Below, piece after piece: positions 41,016-53,329 of a DNA stretch of 64,000 nt. This DNA comes from Macrostomum lignano. Taxonomy: Eukaryota. The notes beneath the pieces were generated by a model that saw nothing but the letters and a program-made list of their open reading frames with translations, searched no databases and was not told where the DNA came from. Both the position numbers and the translations under genes were made by a program. Where the stretch lies: assembly GCA_002269645.1 (NCBI GenBank), contig NIVC01000208.1, positions 441,639 through 505,638 on the forward strand. The letters are read 5' to 3'. Each line of letters opens with the position of its first letter. Within the stretch, counting starts at the first letter, position 1.

Positions 41016-44000
41016 CTTCCTCTCTGTCTCACTCTCTCTTTTTCCCCCTGTCATGCACTCTCTCTCTCACTCTCGTTCTCTCTCTTTCTGCCTACTTCTT
41101 AGCCTATATACCTCTCAGCCTGTCTATCTCTCTCCCTGTGTATATTTCTCCTTGTCTGTTTTTCCTAAAATCGTTATTGCTTCTGCCTAAACGCAAAAAA
41201 CCTCTAATCTTCGGTCAAGTAAAACAAAAAAAAACAAAAAACCGCTAATCCCTCATCACAAGTTGTGAAGTTTTTTCTGTAAATCATATATCGATCCTAC
41301 GAAAGATAAATTAAGATTTCTCTCTTGGAGAGAAGAGGTCGTTCCATTTAGCTAAGTAATTTAGGCTTAAAGGATTAAGGTGCTAATTTTTTACGAGTTA
41401 TCAAACTACTAGTCTGTAAAATTCTTGTTAATGACTTGTGTATTCCTGCGCGGTCTCCTTGAGAATCGATTATTTCGAAAAATTCTCTCATTTTTCCAGT
41501 TTTTTCTCACTAAAGACCCGATTTCAGTTTGCACTGCATCGCATTATGCAGCTTGGCTCACCTGGAGACTCACTCGTTTTGCACTTCAGAACGAGATGAT
41601 CGACTGCTGGCTCTCAGGGGACGAGGCGGCGGTAGTGGAGGCAGCGGGGGGATCTCGGAGAGATGCAACGCCAACCCCCTGCTGGGCGGGATCGTGAGTG
41701 CCACTCTCCCGGACACCTACCAGCGACTGTTTGAGCAAAAACTCCCACTAACTTGGGTCCTCCGGGGATGAACTGAAATGACTCCTTCTAATCTAAACTT
41801 TTTTATAGCATAGAAGCCTAGGAACTGTTTAACTTGAAAACACCACGGGCTTGAAGTTAGATTGACCATGGTGTGGGCTCGCTGTTGTTTTTTAGGGAAG
41901 CAATGCGGTAGGTTTTCTTGGTTGCATCAAGGAAACTGGAAGCGGATGCAGTAAAAAATTCGCATATTCTCTTCTCTCCTCTCTTCTCACCTCCGTTCTC
42001 TCTAATTTCTTCTCTCCTCTCTTCTCACCTCCGTTCTCTCTAATCTCTTCTCTCCTCTCTTCTCACCTCCGTTCTCTCTAATATCTTCTCATCTCCGTTC
42101 TCTCTAATCTCTTCTCTACTCTCTTCTCACCTCCGTTTTCTTTAATCTCTTCTCTCCTCTCTTCTCACCTCCGTTCTCTCTAATCTCTTCTCTCCTCTCT
42201 TCTCACCTCCGTTCTCTCTAATCTCTTCTCTCCTCTCTTCTCTCCTTTCTTCTCACCTCTGTTTTCTCTAACCTCTTCTCTCCTGTCTTCTCCTTTGTTC
42301 CCTCTCCTGGCATTTCTCCTATCTCTCTATTTCTACATGTCTATCTCTATCTCTCTATCTATGTCTCTATCTATCTGGCACCAGGGTGCACCGTTCGCGT
42401 GCTGGGGGATAACGGGAATAAGCATAAATCTGTGATGGCACTCGTACTATCAATCCGTTGTTTCAATCTTCAGCAATTGCAGCAGCTGCAGCAGCATCAA
42501 CACTCAATATTGAAGTGGCGACGCAATTCAGCCAGCCAACTTCGTCCAGCGGTTGCTTGGACAGAGTGTTTTTTTCAGTTTTCTAGGCGGAAAAATTCGA
42601 ATTTAATTGAGCACTAAACTTTAGTGTATAAAACGCAAAGAACTGATTATATCTACCTTGTATTTTAACGGGTAGTGCTTTCTCAAATATATGTGCTGCA
42701 TATTGTCTAACAAGTTATCGTTGAGGTTGTGTCCGAGTGAGGTTGTGTCCGAGTGAGGTTGTGTCCGAGTGAGGTTGTGTCCGAGTGAGGTTGTGTCCGA
42801 GTGAGGTTGTGTCCGAGTGAGGTTGTGTCCGAGTGAGGTTGTGTCCGAGTGAGGTTGTGTCCGAGTGAGGTTGTGTCCGAGTGAGGTTGTGTCCGAGTGA
42901 GGTTGTGTCCGAGTGAGGTTGAGGTTGTGTCCGAGTGAGGTTGAGGTTGTGTCCGAGTGAGGTTGAGGTTGTGTCCGAGTGAGGTTGTGTCCGAGTGAGG
43001 TTGAGGTTGTGTCCGAGTGAGGTTGTGTCCGAGTGAGGTTGAGGTTGTGTCCGAGTGAGGTTGAGGTTGTGTCCGAGTGAGGTTGAGGTTGTGTCCGAGT
43101 GAGGTTGAGGTTGTGTCCGAGTGAGGTTGAGGTTGTGTCCGAGTGAGGTTGAGGTTGTGTCCGAGTGAGGTTGAGGTTGTGTCCGAGTGAGGTTGTGTCC
43201 AAGTGAGGTTGTGTCCGAGTGAGGTTGTGTCCGAGTGAGGTTGTGTCCGAGTGAGGTTGTGTCTGAATGAGGTTGTGTCCGAGTGAGGTTGTGTCCGAGT
43301 GAGGTTTTGTCCGAGTGAGGTTGTGTCCGAGTGAGGTTGTGTCTGAATGAGGTTGTGTCCGAGTGAGGTTGTGTCCGAGTGAGGTTGTGTCCGAATGAGG
43401 TTGTGTCTAAGTAAGGTTATGACTAAATAAAATTTTATTTCGATTTGCAGGTCAAATATTTAAGTCGCACGGTGTCAGTTTTAAAAAATCGATGCATCAA
43501 AAAACCTTTTTAAAATTTTTTATAAAAATTCGTTTGACAGCAAATAATAAATCAACCAGGTGATAAAGCTCAACAACTCTTAAACCCCTCAGGACAATCG
43601 AGACAAACTGGCTGACTGCTTGAGACTCTGTGAGCACAGCTCGGCAATGCCAAAGCCTGACAATCAAGAACAATTGGAGTCGCTAGGTCTCGAGCTCGAA
43701 CCCTCCTGGGATCGGGTTGTAGCTCCAGAGGTGAGTTTTGTGCCTAAGCGGCTGCATTTTTGAGTTTTAAAAGAACCACCGAATGCTTGAACAAACCACT
43801 GCTTCCAGAACACAACAACCGCCAAGGCTGTGAAACAGCAGGCGGCAATCTGGGAGCTGCTGCAGACTGAGGTCAATATTTTGAGGCACCTGAAGACTAT
43901 TATTGAGGTGAGCAGCCTTCTCAAACTTGTGATTCTCAATTTCTCTGTACACTCTGCTTGCCTCCCACTCTACTTCTGCTGTCACTCTACTTCTCCTTCC

Positions 44001-47000
44001 ACTCTACTACTCCTTTCACTCTACTTCTGCTTCCACTCTACTTCTCCTTCCACTCTACTTCTCCTTCCACTCTACTTCTCCTTCCACTCGACTTCTGCTT
44101 CCACTCTACTTCTCTCACACTCTACTTCTATCCCACTCTACTTCTGCTTCCACTCTACTTCTGCTTCCACTCTACTTCTGCTTCCACTCTACTTCTGCTT
44201 CCACTCTACTTCTCCTTCCACTCGACTTCTGCTTCCACTCTACTTCTGCTTCCACTCTACTTCTCCTTCCACTCTACTTCTGCTTCCACTCTACTTCTCC
44301 TTCCACTCTACTTCTCCTTCCACTCTACTTCTGCTTCCACTCTACTTCTGCTTCCACTCTACTTCTCCTTCCACTCTACTTCTCCTTCCACTCTACTTCT
44401 GCTTCCACTCTACTTCTCTCCCATTCTACTTCTCTTCCAATCTAATTCTCTTCCACTCTACTTCTCTTCTAATCTACTTCTATCCCACTCTACTTCTCTT
44501 CCAATCTACTACTCTCCCACTCTACTTCTCTCTTACTGATTCGGAGATATTCGAGAACATATTCGGTTCAGATATATGATGAAGCGGATCTGACCCTTAA
44601 GTTGACTCAGTTGATGAAGCAAAAATGGATACTGATTGAAAAATATTCACTCATGGCTCCCAACAGATCGAAAGATAATTCCAAACTGCGTGCATGATCA
44701 TATATAAGTTTCTGGTTGCATTCAGTATTTTTGTTGGAGGCAGCGGGTTACAGATCACAGCACATTAGGGATTTAGGATCAATATTATTCCCATTTGCAG
44801 ATTAGCACTCATAAATTGGTGAACTCTGAGTGCATATAAGATTCAGCTTTGGTGCTTTAGGAAGATTTGGGAAGATGAGAAAGATGGGCACTGGGACAGG
44901 CACTCAGACAGACACTGAGACAGGCACTGCGACACACACTGCGACACACACTGAGACACACACTGAGACACACACTGAGACACACACTGAGGCAGACACT
45001 GAGCCACACACTGAGCCACACACTGAGCCACACACTGAGACACACACTGAGGCAGACACTGAGACACACACTGAGACACACACTGAGACACACACTGAGC
45101 CACACACTGAGATACACACTGAGCCACACACTAAGCCACACACTGAGCCACACTAAGCCACACACTGAGCCACACACTGAGATACACACTGAGCCACACA
45201 CTGAGCCACACACTGAGCCACACACTGAGCCACACACTGAGATACACACTGAGCCACACACTAAGCCACACACTGAGCCACACACTGAGATACACACTGA
45301 GCCACACACTGAGATACACACTGAGCCACACACTGAGATACACACTGAGCCACACACTAAGCCACACACTGAGCCACACTAAGCCACACACTGAGCCACA
45401 CACTGAGATACACACTGAGCCACACACTGAGCCACACACTGAGCCACACACTGAGCCACACACTGAGCCACACACTGAGATACACACTGAGCCACACACT
45501 GAGGCAGACACTGAGCCACACACTGAGATACACACTGAGCCACACACTGAGGCAGACACTGAGCCACACACTGAGATACACACTGAGCCACACACTGAGA
45601 CAGACACTGAGACACACACTGAGACACACACTGAGCTACACACTGAGACAGACACTGAGCCACACTGAGACAGACACTGAGCCACACACTGAGACACACA
45701 CTGAGACAGACACTGAGCCACACACTGAGACACACACTGAGACACACACTGAGGCAGACACTGAGCCACACACTGAGATACACACTGAGCCACACACTGA
45801 GACAGACACTGAGACACACACTGAGCTACACACTGAGCTACACACTGAGACAGACACTGAGCCACACTGAGACAGACACTGAGCCACACACTGAGACACA
45901 CACTGAGCCACACACTGAGCTACACACTGAGACAGACACTGAGCCACACTGAGACAGACACTGAGCCACACACTGAGACACACACTGAGCCACACACTGA
46001 GCCACACACTGAGACACACACTGAGACAGACACTGAGACACACACTGAGACAGACCACCCCCCTCCCCGCAAATGCAGGTGCACATGACGGTCCTGAGGC
46101 ACCTGCAGAGCAGCGCAAATCTCCTGGCTGACGTCAGCTCCGACCAGCTGTTTCCCGGCATCCTGCCAGTCTTCCAGGCTCACCGGGCCCTATGGACGGA
46201 GCACCTGCAACCGGCTCTGGTGTCAGCCAGACAGTCTGGATTGCCAATGCGACCGACAGCGTTCTATCGAGGCTTCACGAGTTTCCGCGAAATATTCGCC
46301 CCGTCAGCGCAGTACTGCCTGCGAATTGCCGAGGCCAAGGACTACTTAAAGAGTCTGGAAAAGAACGAAGTGTTTGCAGACTTTCTTAAGGTACAGCTGT
46401 CATTTGCGAATTGAAATTCTATTAAATTTACTTAAAGTAGTGTTTGCTCACGATATTCGACTCAAACTTTCAGGTACCACTATACCAAAATATACGCGCC
46501 ATTCTATCCCAAAATTTGGCGCCATTATACCTCAACATTTAACGCCATTCCATCCCAACGTTTGGCGCCATTCTACCCCAACATTTGGTGCCATTCCATC
46601 CCAACATTTTGCGCCATTCTACCCCAATATTTGGTGTCGTTCTATCCCAACATTTGACGCCATTCTATCCCAACATTTGGGGCCATTCAATCTTAACATT
46701 TGGCGCCATTCCATCCCAACATTTGGCGCCATTCTACTCCAACATTTAGCGCCAATTTTCCCCAGTATTGGCCGCCATTTTACTTTTCGTCATTTTACAC
46801 TCCTAATTTCAAATGCATTGTTGCCTTAATCTCACTTTCGAGTTTGAATAGTCATTTTAACAAAAATTTACGAGATTAAATTTCACTATGCGACCACCGC
46901 CACTCGTTCCAGTGGGCGCAGAGAGTCAGCCAGCGAAATTACAACTCCGAGGACGGTGCGGTGGACCTGCAGCTTGGCTCACTGCTCACCATGCCCCTAC

Positions 47001-49632
47001 AGCGGGTGATGAAGTACGGCCTGCTGCTGCAGGAGATTCTGCGACACACAGAAGATGGAGAGGAACGGCTGGCTTTGGAATCGATGGTTGGTTTAACTTT
47101 TGACATGAGTAAATTTGTCTTAGATAAGGGCTGATTAACCCATGCATTCATTTTGAGGGTTGTTGACGATTAGAAAGTCAGGGCTAATGTACACCCTGTG
47201 TGAGCGTGTGTATGAGTGCTGTGCCTGCGTACGGTATTGTCGCGCTTTTGTCTACTTAGGAGTCATTTAAAATAATTTTTTGCAATACGCAACAGGCCTG
47301 AATTTCTTCTTTTTTGACAACAGATCAGTCACGTGACGTCGTTCTGCAATGAGTTGAACTCAACATATCGGGCCAAATGCGACCAGGCAGAGCTGCGAGG
47401 AGTGGCAGATCGAATCGAGGACGCCAAGCTGCCTGACTGGATCGACGGCCTGGGAGACGAGACTGCAACTGTGCTGGAGTCCTACAGGCTCAACTTGATG
47501 AGGCCAATGCCGCACAATGGACAGTTGAGGAGGAGAATCTCTGAAGGCGACGTCAGATTCAAGGACGAAAAGGGGAAGGTGAGCAAGGCATTCACCTTGA
47601 CCACTTGAGCTACTTGATTATCTTGCAGTCATTTAGCTGGTTGAGTGTGCTAAATCCTACATATAGCTATTTACAGATTATAGCACAGTTGTTACACTGG
47701 CTATTAAATTAATAAATCAGACATGTTTTTGTTCCACCATTTTAAACAAAAATTTCTATTCTACACTACGAACTCAGTGGAACGACGCCAAGTGCCTGCT
47801 GTTCACCGATCTGCTGCTCCTAGCCAAAAGCAGCAAGCGCAACAGTCTTCGGTTGCTGAGACCGCCGCTGCGTCTGGACCGGCTTGTGTTGCACAAGCTT
47901 AGCGACCCGAATAGTGAGTTTCAATCAGATTTAATACAGTATAGCTACATGGCTGCATCTCGTGGTTGTTGAGAATTTCAAGCGTCCATCATGCCAAGGC
48001 CACATATGGTTAAAATAATTTTGCTGAGATGCCATGGCTCAATGGGGAGTTGCTGAGATGCCAATTTGCTCAATAGAGAGTTGCTGTGATGCCATGGCTC
48101 AATGGAGAGTTGCTTAGATGCCATGGCTCAATGGAGAGTTGCTTAGATGCCATGGCTCAATGGAGAGTTGCTGAGATGCCTTGGTTCAATGGAGAGTTGC
48201 TGAGATGCCATGGTCAATGTGGGAGTTGCTGAGATGCCAGGGTCAATGTGGGAGTTGCTGAGATGCCAGGGTCAATGTGGGAGTTGCTGAGATGCCATGG
48301 CTCAATGGGGAGTTGCTGAGATGCCATGGTCAATGTGGGAGTTGCTGAGATGCCAATTGGCTCAATGGGGAGTTGCTGAGATGCCATGGCTCAATGTGGG
48401 AGTTGCTGAGATGCCATGGCTCAATGGAGAGTTGCTGAGATGCCTTGGTTCAATGGAGAGTTGCTGAGATGCCATGGTCAATGTGGGAGTTGCTGAGATG
48501 CCAGGGTCAATGTGGGAGTTGCTGAGATGCCAGGGTCAATGTGGGAGTTGCTGAGATGCCATGGCTCAATGGAGAGTTGCTGAGATGCCATGGCTCAATG
48601 GGGAGTTGCTGAGATGCCATGGCTCAATGTGGGAGTTGCTGAGATGCCATGGCTCAATGGGGAGTTGCTGAGATGCCAATTGGCTCAATGGGGAGTTGCT
48701 GAGATGCCATGGCTCAATGGGGAGTTGCTGAGATGCCAATTGGCTCAATGGAGAGTTGCTGTGATGCCATGGCTCAATGGAGAGTTGCTGAGATGCCAAT
48801 TGGCTCAATGGGGAGTTGCTGAGATGCCATGGCTCAATGGGGAGTTGCTGAGATGCCAATTGGCTCAATGGAGAGTTGCTGTGATGCCATGGCTCAATGG
48901 AGAGTTGCTGAGATGCCATGGCTCAATGGAGAGTTGCTGAGATTCCAAGGCTCAATGGAGAGTTGCTGAGATGCCAAGGCTCAATTGAGAGTTGCTGAGA
49001 TGCTTCGATTCTTCGAACCGAAACCGAATTTCAAACCGAATTTCTTCTCCACAGATTCCTTACTTCTAGTGGCTCTCACTGATTTTGGCAGCGTTGACTG
49101 CCTGATGTGCCTCGCCTGCGATAGTCAGAAGGCAACGGACGAGTGGAGTGATCGAATTTTGCAGGCCAGGATTCTGCTTGCGGCGCAGCTGCAGCAGCAG
49201 CAACAACAGCTGCAGCAGCAGAAGACGGTCGCTCTGCAACCCAGCGCTCCGTCCCTGCAGCCTCAAACCAGCGTCGACGCAGTACGATTGCGTAATCATC
49301 ATCAGCAGCATCCGGTGCATCAACAGCAACAACGCTCGGCAACTGTTGCCATAGCAACCAGCAGCTACTCAACTATTAGTAGCAATAGCAGCCAGCAATT
49401 ACACTATACTAGGAGTAGCGGCGATATGGAGTCGTTATTGACCACAACAATATCGGTTACTCATCATCACCAGCAACAGCACCAGCACCAGCGTTATACT
49501 ACTCAATTGAGTAGTTTCACTGATGTTGAACCAGCGACTATTGATAGTACGGGAACTGGGAGCGCTGGCATTTCTGCAGCCGGTGGTGTTTCCGGAGTTG
49601 AAGATCAACAAGATGAAAGGAGAAGCTCGTAA
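31992..49632 (+). CDS. PLEKHG5: DH-PH Rho guanine nucleotide exchange factor, PLEKHG5/6/7-like
   Basis: Confident exons 43593-43730, 43809-43907, 46079-46390, 46913-47086, 47324-47578, 47778-47913, 49055-49632 encode [62 protein letters not shown]. Tentative phase-matched 5' exons: 31992-32131, 33658-33745, 34748-35164, 36253-36460, 38628-38870, 41590-41693. The symbol denotes the family; orthology is not established. Confidence 0.82.
32589..33362. repeat. 30-bp minisatellite (RhoGEF intron)
   Basis: Unit cagccaccagaggctgctcttgcaagtcaa; open in several frames, which produces spurious ORFs. Confidence 0.95.
33884..34724. repeat. 21-bp then 26-bp minisatellite (RhoGEF intron)
   Basis: acaggctgaccctacaaccct switches near 34180 to acagtacaggctgaccccacaaccct. 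Confidence 0.95.
35213..35690. repeat. 35-37-bp minisatellite (RhoGEF intron)
   Basis: Unit ctgcaccattctctgccccacacaccctctccctca. Confidence 0.93.
36613..38500. repeat. 15-bp minisatellite (RhoGEF intron)
   Basis: Unit cctgacacccatatt with higher-order variants. Confidence 0.95.
38965..39490. repeat. 12-bp minisatellite (gaactcactcat)n
   Basis: Same family as 29412-30318, opposite orientation. Confidence 0.92.
40195..41100. repeat. (CT)n-rich compound microsatellite
   Basis: Direct reading. Confidence 0.92.
41968..42290. repeat. 38-bp CT-rich minisatellite
   Basis: Unit ctcttctctcctctcttctcacctccgttctctctaat. Confidence 0.88.
42722..43405. repeat. 16-/22-bp minisatellite
   Basis: Unit gaggttgtgtccgagt, with variants carrying an extra gaggtt. 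Confidence 0.95.
43965..44530. repeat. 17-bp minisatellite
   Basis: Unit ttccactctacttct(cc/gc). Confidence 0.93.
44900..46055. repeat. 12-bp minisatellite
   Basis: Unit ctgagccacaca / ctgagacacaca. Confidence 0.95.
46498..46780. repeat. Degenerate 23-bp minisatellite
   Basis: Unit approx. ccattctatcccaacatttggcg. Confidence 0.8.
48020..49005. repeat. 21-23-bp minisatellite
   Basis: Unit gagttgctgagatgcca(tg/att)ggctcaatg(g). Confidence 0.95.
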
Positions 49633-49785
49633 GAATTATGGATATACCTGTAATATATTCGCATACATATATTAGGCAATATGTGAAAAAGTACAGCTTT
49701 TTAACATCAGTTTATCTCCTTAGTGGGGTGGACAATGGTGAAAACTACCAGTTCAGGAAAAAGTATTTTAATTTGAAAAGAGGTT

Positions 49786-50045
49786 GACACTTTGGGAAGG
49801 ATGGTTGACACTTTGGGAAGGATGGTTGACACTTTGGGAAGGATGGTTGACACTTTGGGAAGGATGTTTGACACTTTGGGAAGGATGGTTGACACTTTGG
49901 GAAGGATGGTTGACACTTTGGGAAGGATGGTTGACACTTTGGGAAGGATGTTTGACACTTTGGGAAGGATGGTTGACACTTTGGGAAGGATGTTTGACAC
50001 TTTGGGAAGGATGGTTGACACTTTGGGAAGGATGGTTGACACTTC
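49786..50045. repeat. 21-bp minisatellite
   Basis: Unit gacactttgggaaggatggtt. Confidence 0.95.
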
Positions 50046-52261
50046 AGAAAGGTGCAGCGTGCTTTTCGCTTTAAGATGCGCCACGTCACTTCAGTTAAAG
50101 TACCGAAGCTCTTTTTTATATCCGCATGGTTCTTTAAGATATTTGAAAGAGGTTTAGACTTCTGCCTGAATTCATATCTCTAGAACAGGCTAAATCAGGT
50201 ATGTAGTTATTGTTTAGTAACTCCATATTATTAAAACTATTCGTAACCGTTAACTTTCAGACACGTGTGACCGATGCATATCCATGACTGCAAACAATGG
50301 AATCAAAATGCGTAAAAATGCTAGAAAGGTACATGAAAAAACTTCCAAACACTGATATTCGACCAACGGTTTTGAGTGGGCATTTTTTGTTTAACTATAT
50401 TGACTCTAATTCATATACATGCGATGGTAGTACCATATATAGTTCTGTAGCCATGCATGTAATTCTCTAAATTTACAAACGGAATTTGATAAAGTAATTG
50501 ACTATATCTAGATCTGTATACTTTAGGTTAACTAGAAACATTTTGCATGAACATGTACATAGTATGTGTTCTGTAAATAATGTTTACTCTAATATTTTAT
50601 GTATTGTGTAGCTTTTGCTTATTGTGCATTCAAAATTAATTATATGTGCAGCACAGCCTAAAAAAGCAAATTCAAATTAACAACTGATTGAGCCTACCTA
50701 ACCGCGCACTTCATTAACTTACTCATGGCTATCGTATTTTGTGTTGCATAATTATTTTATATTTAAAAGACGGTAAAAATACTTCATAAAACCACATAAT
50801 CGTGTATATTATCAGGCAAATAATATTTCGTAATGATGTGATTTAATAGTCAATTTATTGCTCTTCAACTGTAAACTTTGTGTAGTGCCAGCGGTCTCTG
50901 AAGGTTACAGAAAAGAGCAAAAATCTTTTGATAAGATACTAAGCTCAAATTATATGCTTTAAAGCGAGTATCTTGTAACTCTTGCACTGACAACGGCTTA
51001 ATTTTCACATCACGATCAGATCATGCATATTCTGCTGTATCTGTATATAGCAGTACATTTTATGCACATTGCTTGGACCCCAGACAAGAAAATGTGGGCT
51101 TTTATACAGCTTTGATACATCCAGCAAAGATGTAAAACTAGAGACGACGGATTTTTCTACCATTTTTTTCAGTCGTTAGATACTTTATTTAAAAGCTTCA
51201 TATAAACGCACATGGACATGCCATATATCTAATTGTAAGTTCTATGAAATGCTTGTTTTGCCCAGTAGGAAATTCTGGTACGTCCAAGGGTGCGCAGACC
51301 GCGGCGCCCGGTGGCCTGTGGCCGGTAGCGGGGCGCACTCTTTGTCCAGTCGGGGCGCCAGCCTTATGCCCGGCTCTCGGTGTGGACGGCTCAATAAATA
51401 AAGGCAAGAATTGGTCCACTCTACTAACAGTAGTATGCATGGCTTTTTATAGATATATTTTGCTCTGGAATGCAGCCTAGCTTTCTGGTTGTTTCAGAAT
51501 TGAATTTATTTCCCAATAATTTTCAATAATAAATTCAAACAACATTGATGCCACTTGCTTACAAAGTTTGCCTTTTGTGATTTTTCTGCAATTTTTAGAA
51601 AACAAGTTTGAGTCTATGAATGAAATCGAATAAGAAACTTAGATCTAATGAAATTTGAATTTATTTAGCGACGTTAAATGGAACTGATATTAAAACACAA
51701 TATTAGAACGAAAAAATGATCAAGTTTTCTGGCGACAAAGGTGTTGAAAGAATGTCAGTTTTAAAATCTTTTTGTCGCAGCATTTATAATACGTGCTCTC
51801 ATAATTAGAATATTTTAAATTGTCCATCACCCAGCTCTCGCTGATCTTCGGACCTGTTTGATCCACTTGATTCGGTTTCGTCATCAGATTCGGGAGAGCA
51901 GTCAGTGCGGTAGTTGGTTTTCGACTTTGCTGAACTTTCGATGGTTGTTCCGCTTTCGAGGCTGAGAATCCAACTGAATACTCGCTCGCTTTCTGGATTG
52001 GGAGCTTGGCTTTGCTGTCGCCGCTGGCGGCACTTCTCCCGCTGATAGTCGCGATGGTGTCTGTGGCATTGGAGTGTCCAATCGGCGTTTGCTGATTGGT
52101 TGTAAACACCCACCCCAAGTCAACCCCCCTCTGCACTGCACCCCTCCGCCGTGAGGTTTATACCACCTAGCTTTTACTCAGCCTGCCTCACCTTTCTCGC
52201 GCTGCATGAATTTTTTTTTATTGTACGGAGTGGCGTGAGTGCTGCCTAGGCTGCAACTGCA

Positions 52262-53316
52262 ATGGCCGAGATTTCAATTGACCAAATGACTGCAAGGCAG
52301 CTTAGAGACCATCTATGCCAAATGGGACTGCCCAGTGGCGGTCGCAAGCGAGAGTTGCAAGTCAGACTGGAACAAGCCAGTTTCTAAAATCAAGCCAAGC
52401 GACGTGGACGGCCAACAGCCACTCACTCGAGCGAAATCGACCGAGTCAGCACCAGCAGAAGCGACGACGATGAGGAAGCGACCCTGGACGAGGCTGGCGC
52501 CCCGCAGGGCACCGACGATCTGGACCAGAGGATCGCCCGTCAGGAGAAGCTGCTTCGGCTGAAGACTCTTCAACGCCAGACTGCTGAGATCGAGGCTGAG
52601 CTGGAGAACAAGCCTTGCCAACAGAGCCGTAAGTTGCGGAGCCCCTTGCCGATTGACCGGTCCCCTGCTGCCCATGAGCCGGAGCTGGGGCTGCCAGACC
52701 TGGGCCTTCAAGGCACTTCTGCCAGGCCGTCGGGACTGTCAAAGCCCCTTCTGGTAAAGGACTTTATCAACCGTGATGGTGAGGAGCCTGCCTCTGGCGA
52801 GAAGTCCAGAGTCCGGACTGAGCAGATCTCGGCGAGTCAGTGGGTAGCAGGCAGCAACCGAATCCTGCTGAAACTCCTCGACGAGGGTTCCCTCGTCACC
52901 GTTAAGGATGGCGCGGTGGATCTTGAACAGCTGAAGGCCTACGTTCGCTACTGTGTGCAGTTCGGCGAGTTTATGCACCAGGGTTTCAGTCAGGCCGCCC
53001 TCAACTGTTACGATGAAGACTTCAGGACCCTGCAACATCAGTCGAGCGGCAGATGGGAGCGGGAGTCGCTGCAGCTGCTATCCAAGCACATTCTGGCACC
53101 AAAGTCAAATCATGGCGGCAACGCGATCTCCCAGCGCACCAACTTCAAGCCCAGAAGGCCAAAGCAGCAGCTGGCGGCCCGATCGATCCTGAAGGGCGGC
53201 AGCTGTGCGTGAAGTTCAACCGCAACGGCTGTCTACGGCGCGACTGCAAGTTCAGGCACGTCTACTCCGCCTGCTACGAGGCGCACCCGCGCCAGTTCTG
53301 CACTTCAAAAAACTAG
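52262..53316 (+). pseudogene. gag-like ORF1 with N-terminal SAP-like domain and C-terminal Cys/His finger
   Basis: MAEISIDQMTARQLRDHLCQMGLPSGGRKRELQVRLEQ; in-frame TAA at 52385; AKRRGRP; frameshift near 53180; LCVKFNRNGCLRRDCKFRHVYSACYEAHPRQFC. Confidence 0.75.
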
Positions 53317-53329
53317 ATCGCGGCCGGCC

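Noticed and set aside
46336-46348. caaggactactt, matching the micro-element TIR
   Set aside because: It lies in the RhoGEF exon (KDYL) with no partner TIR or TSD; chance match.
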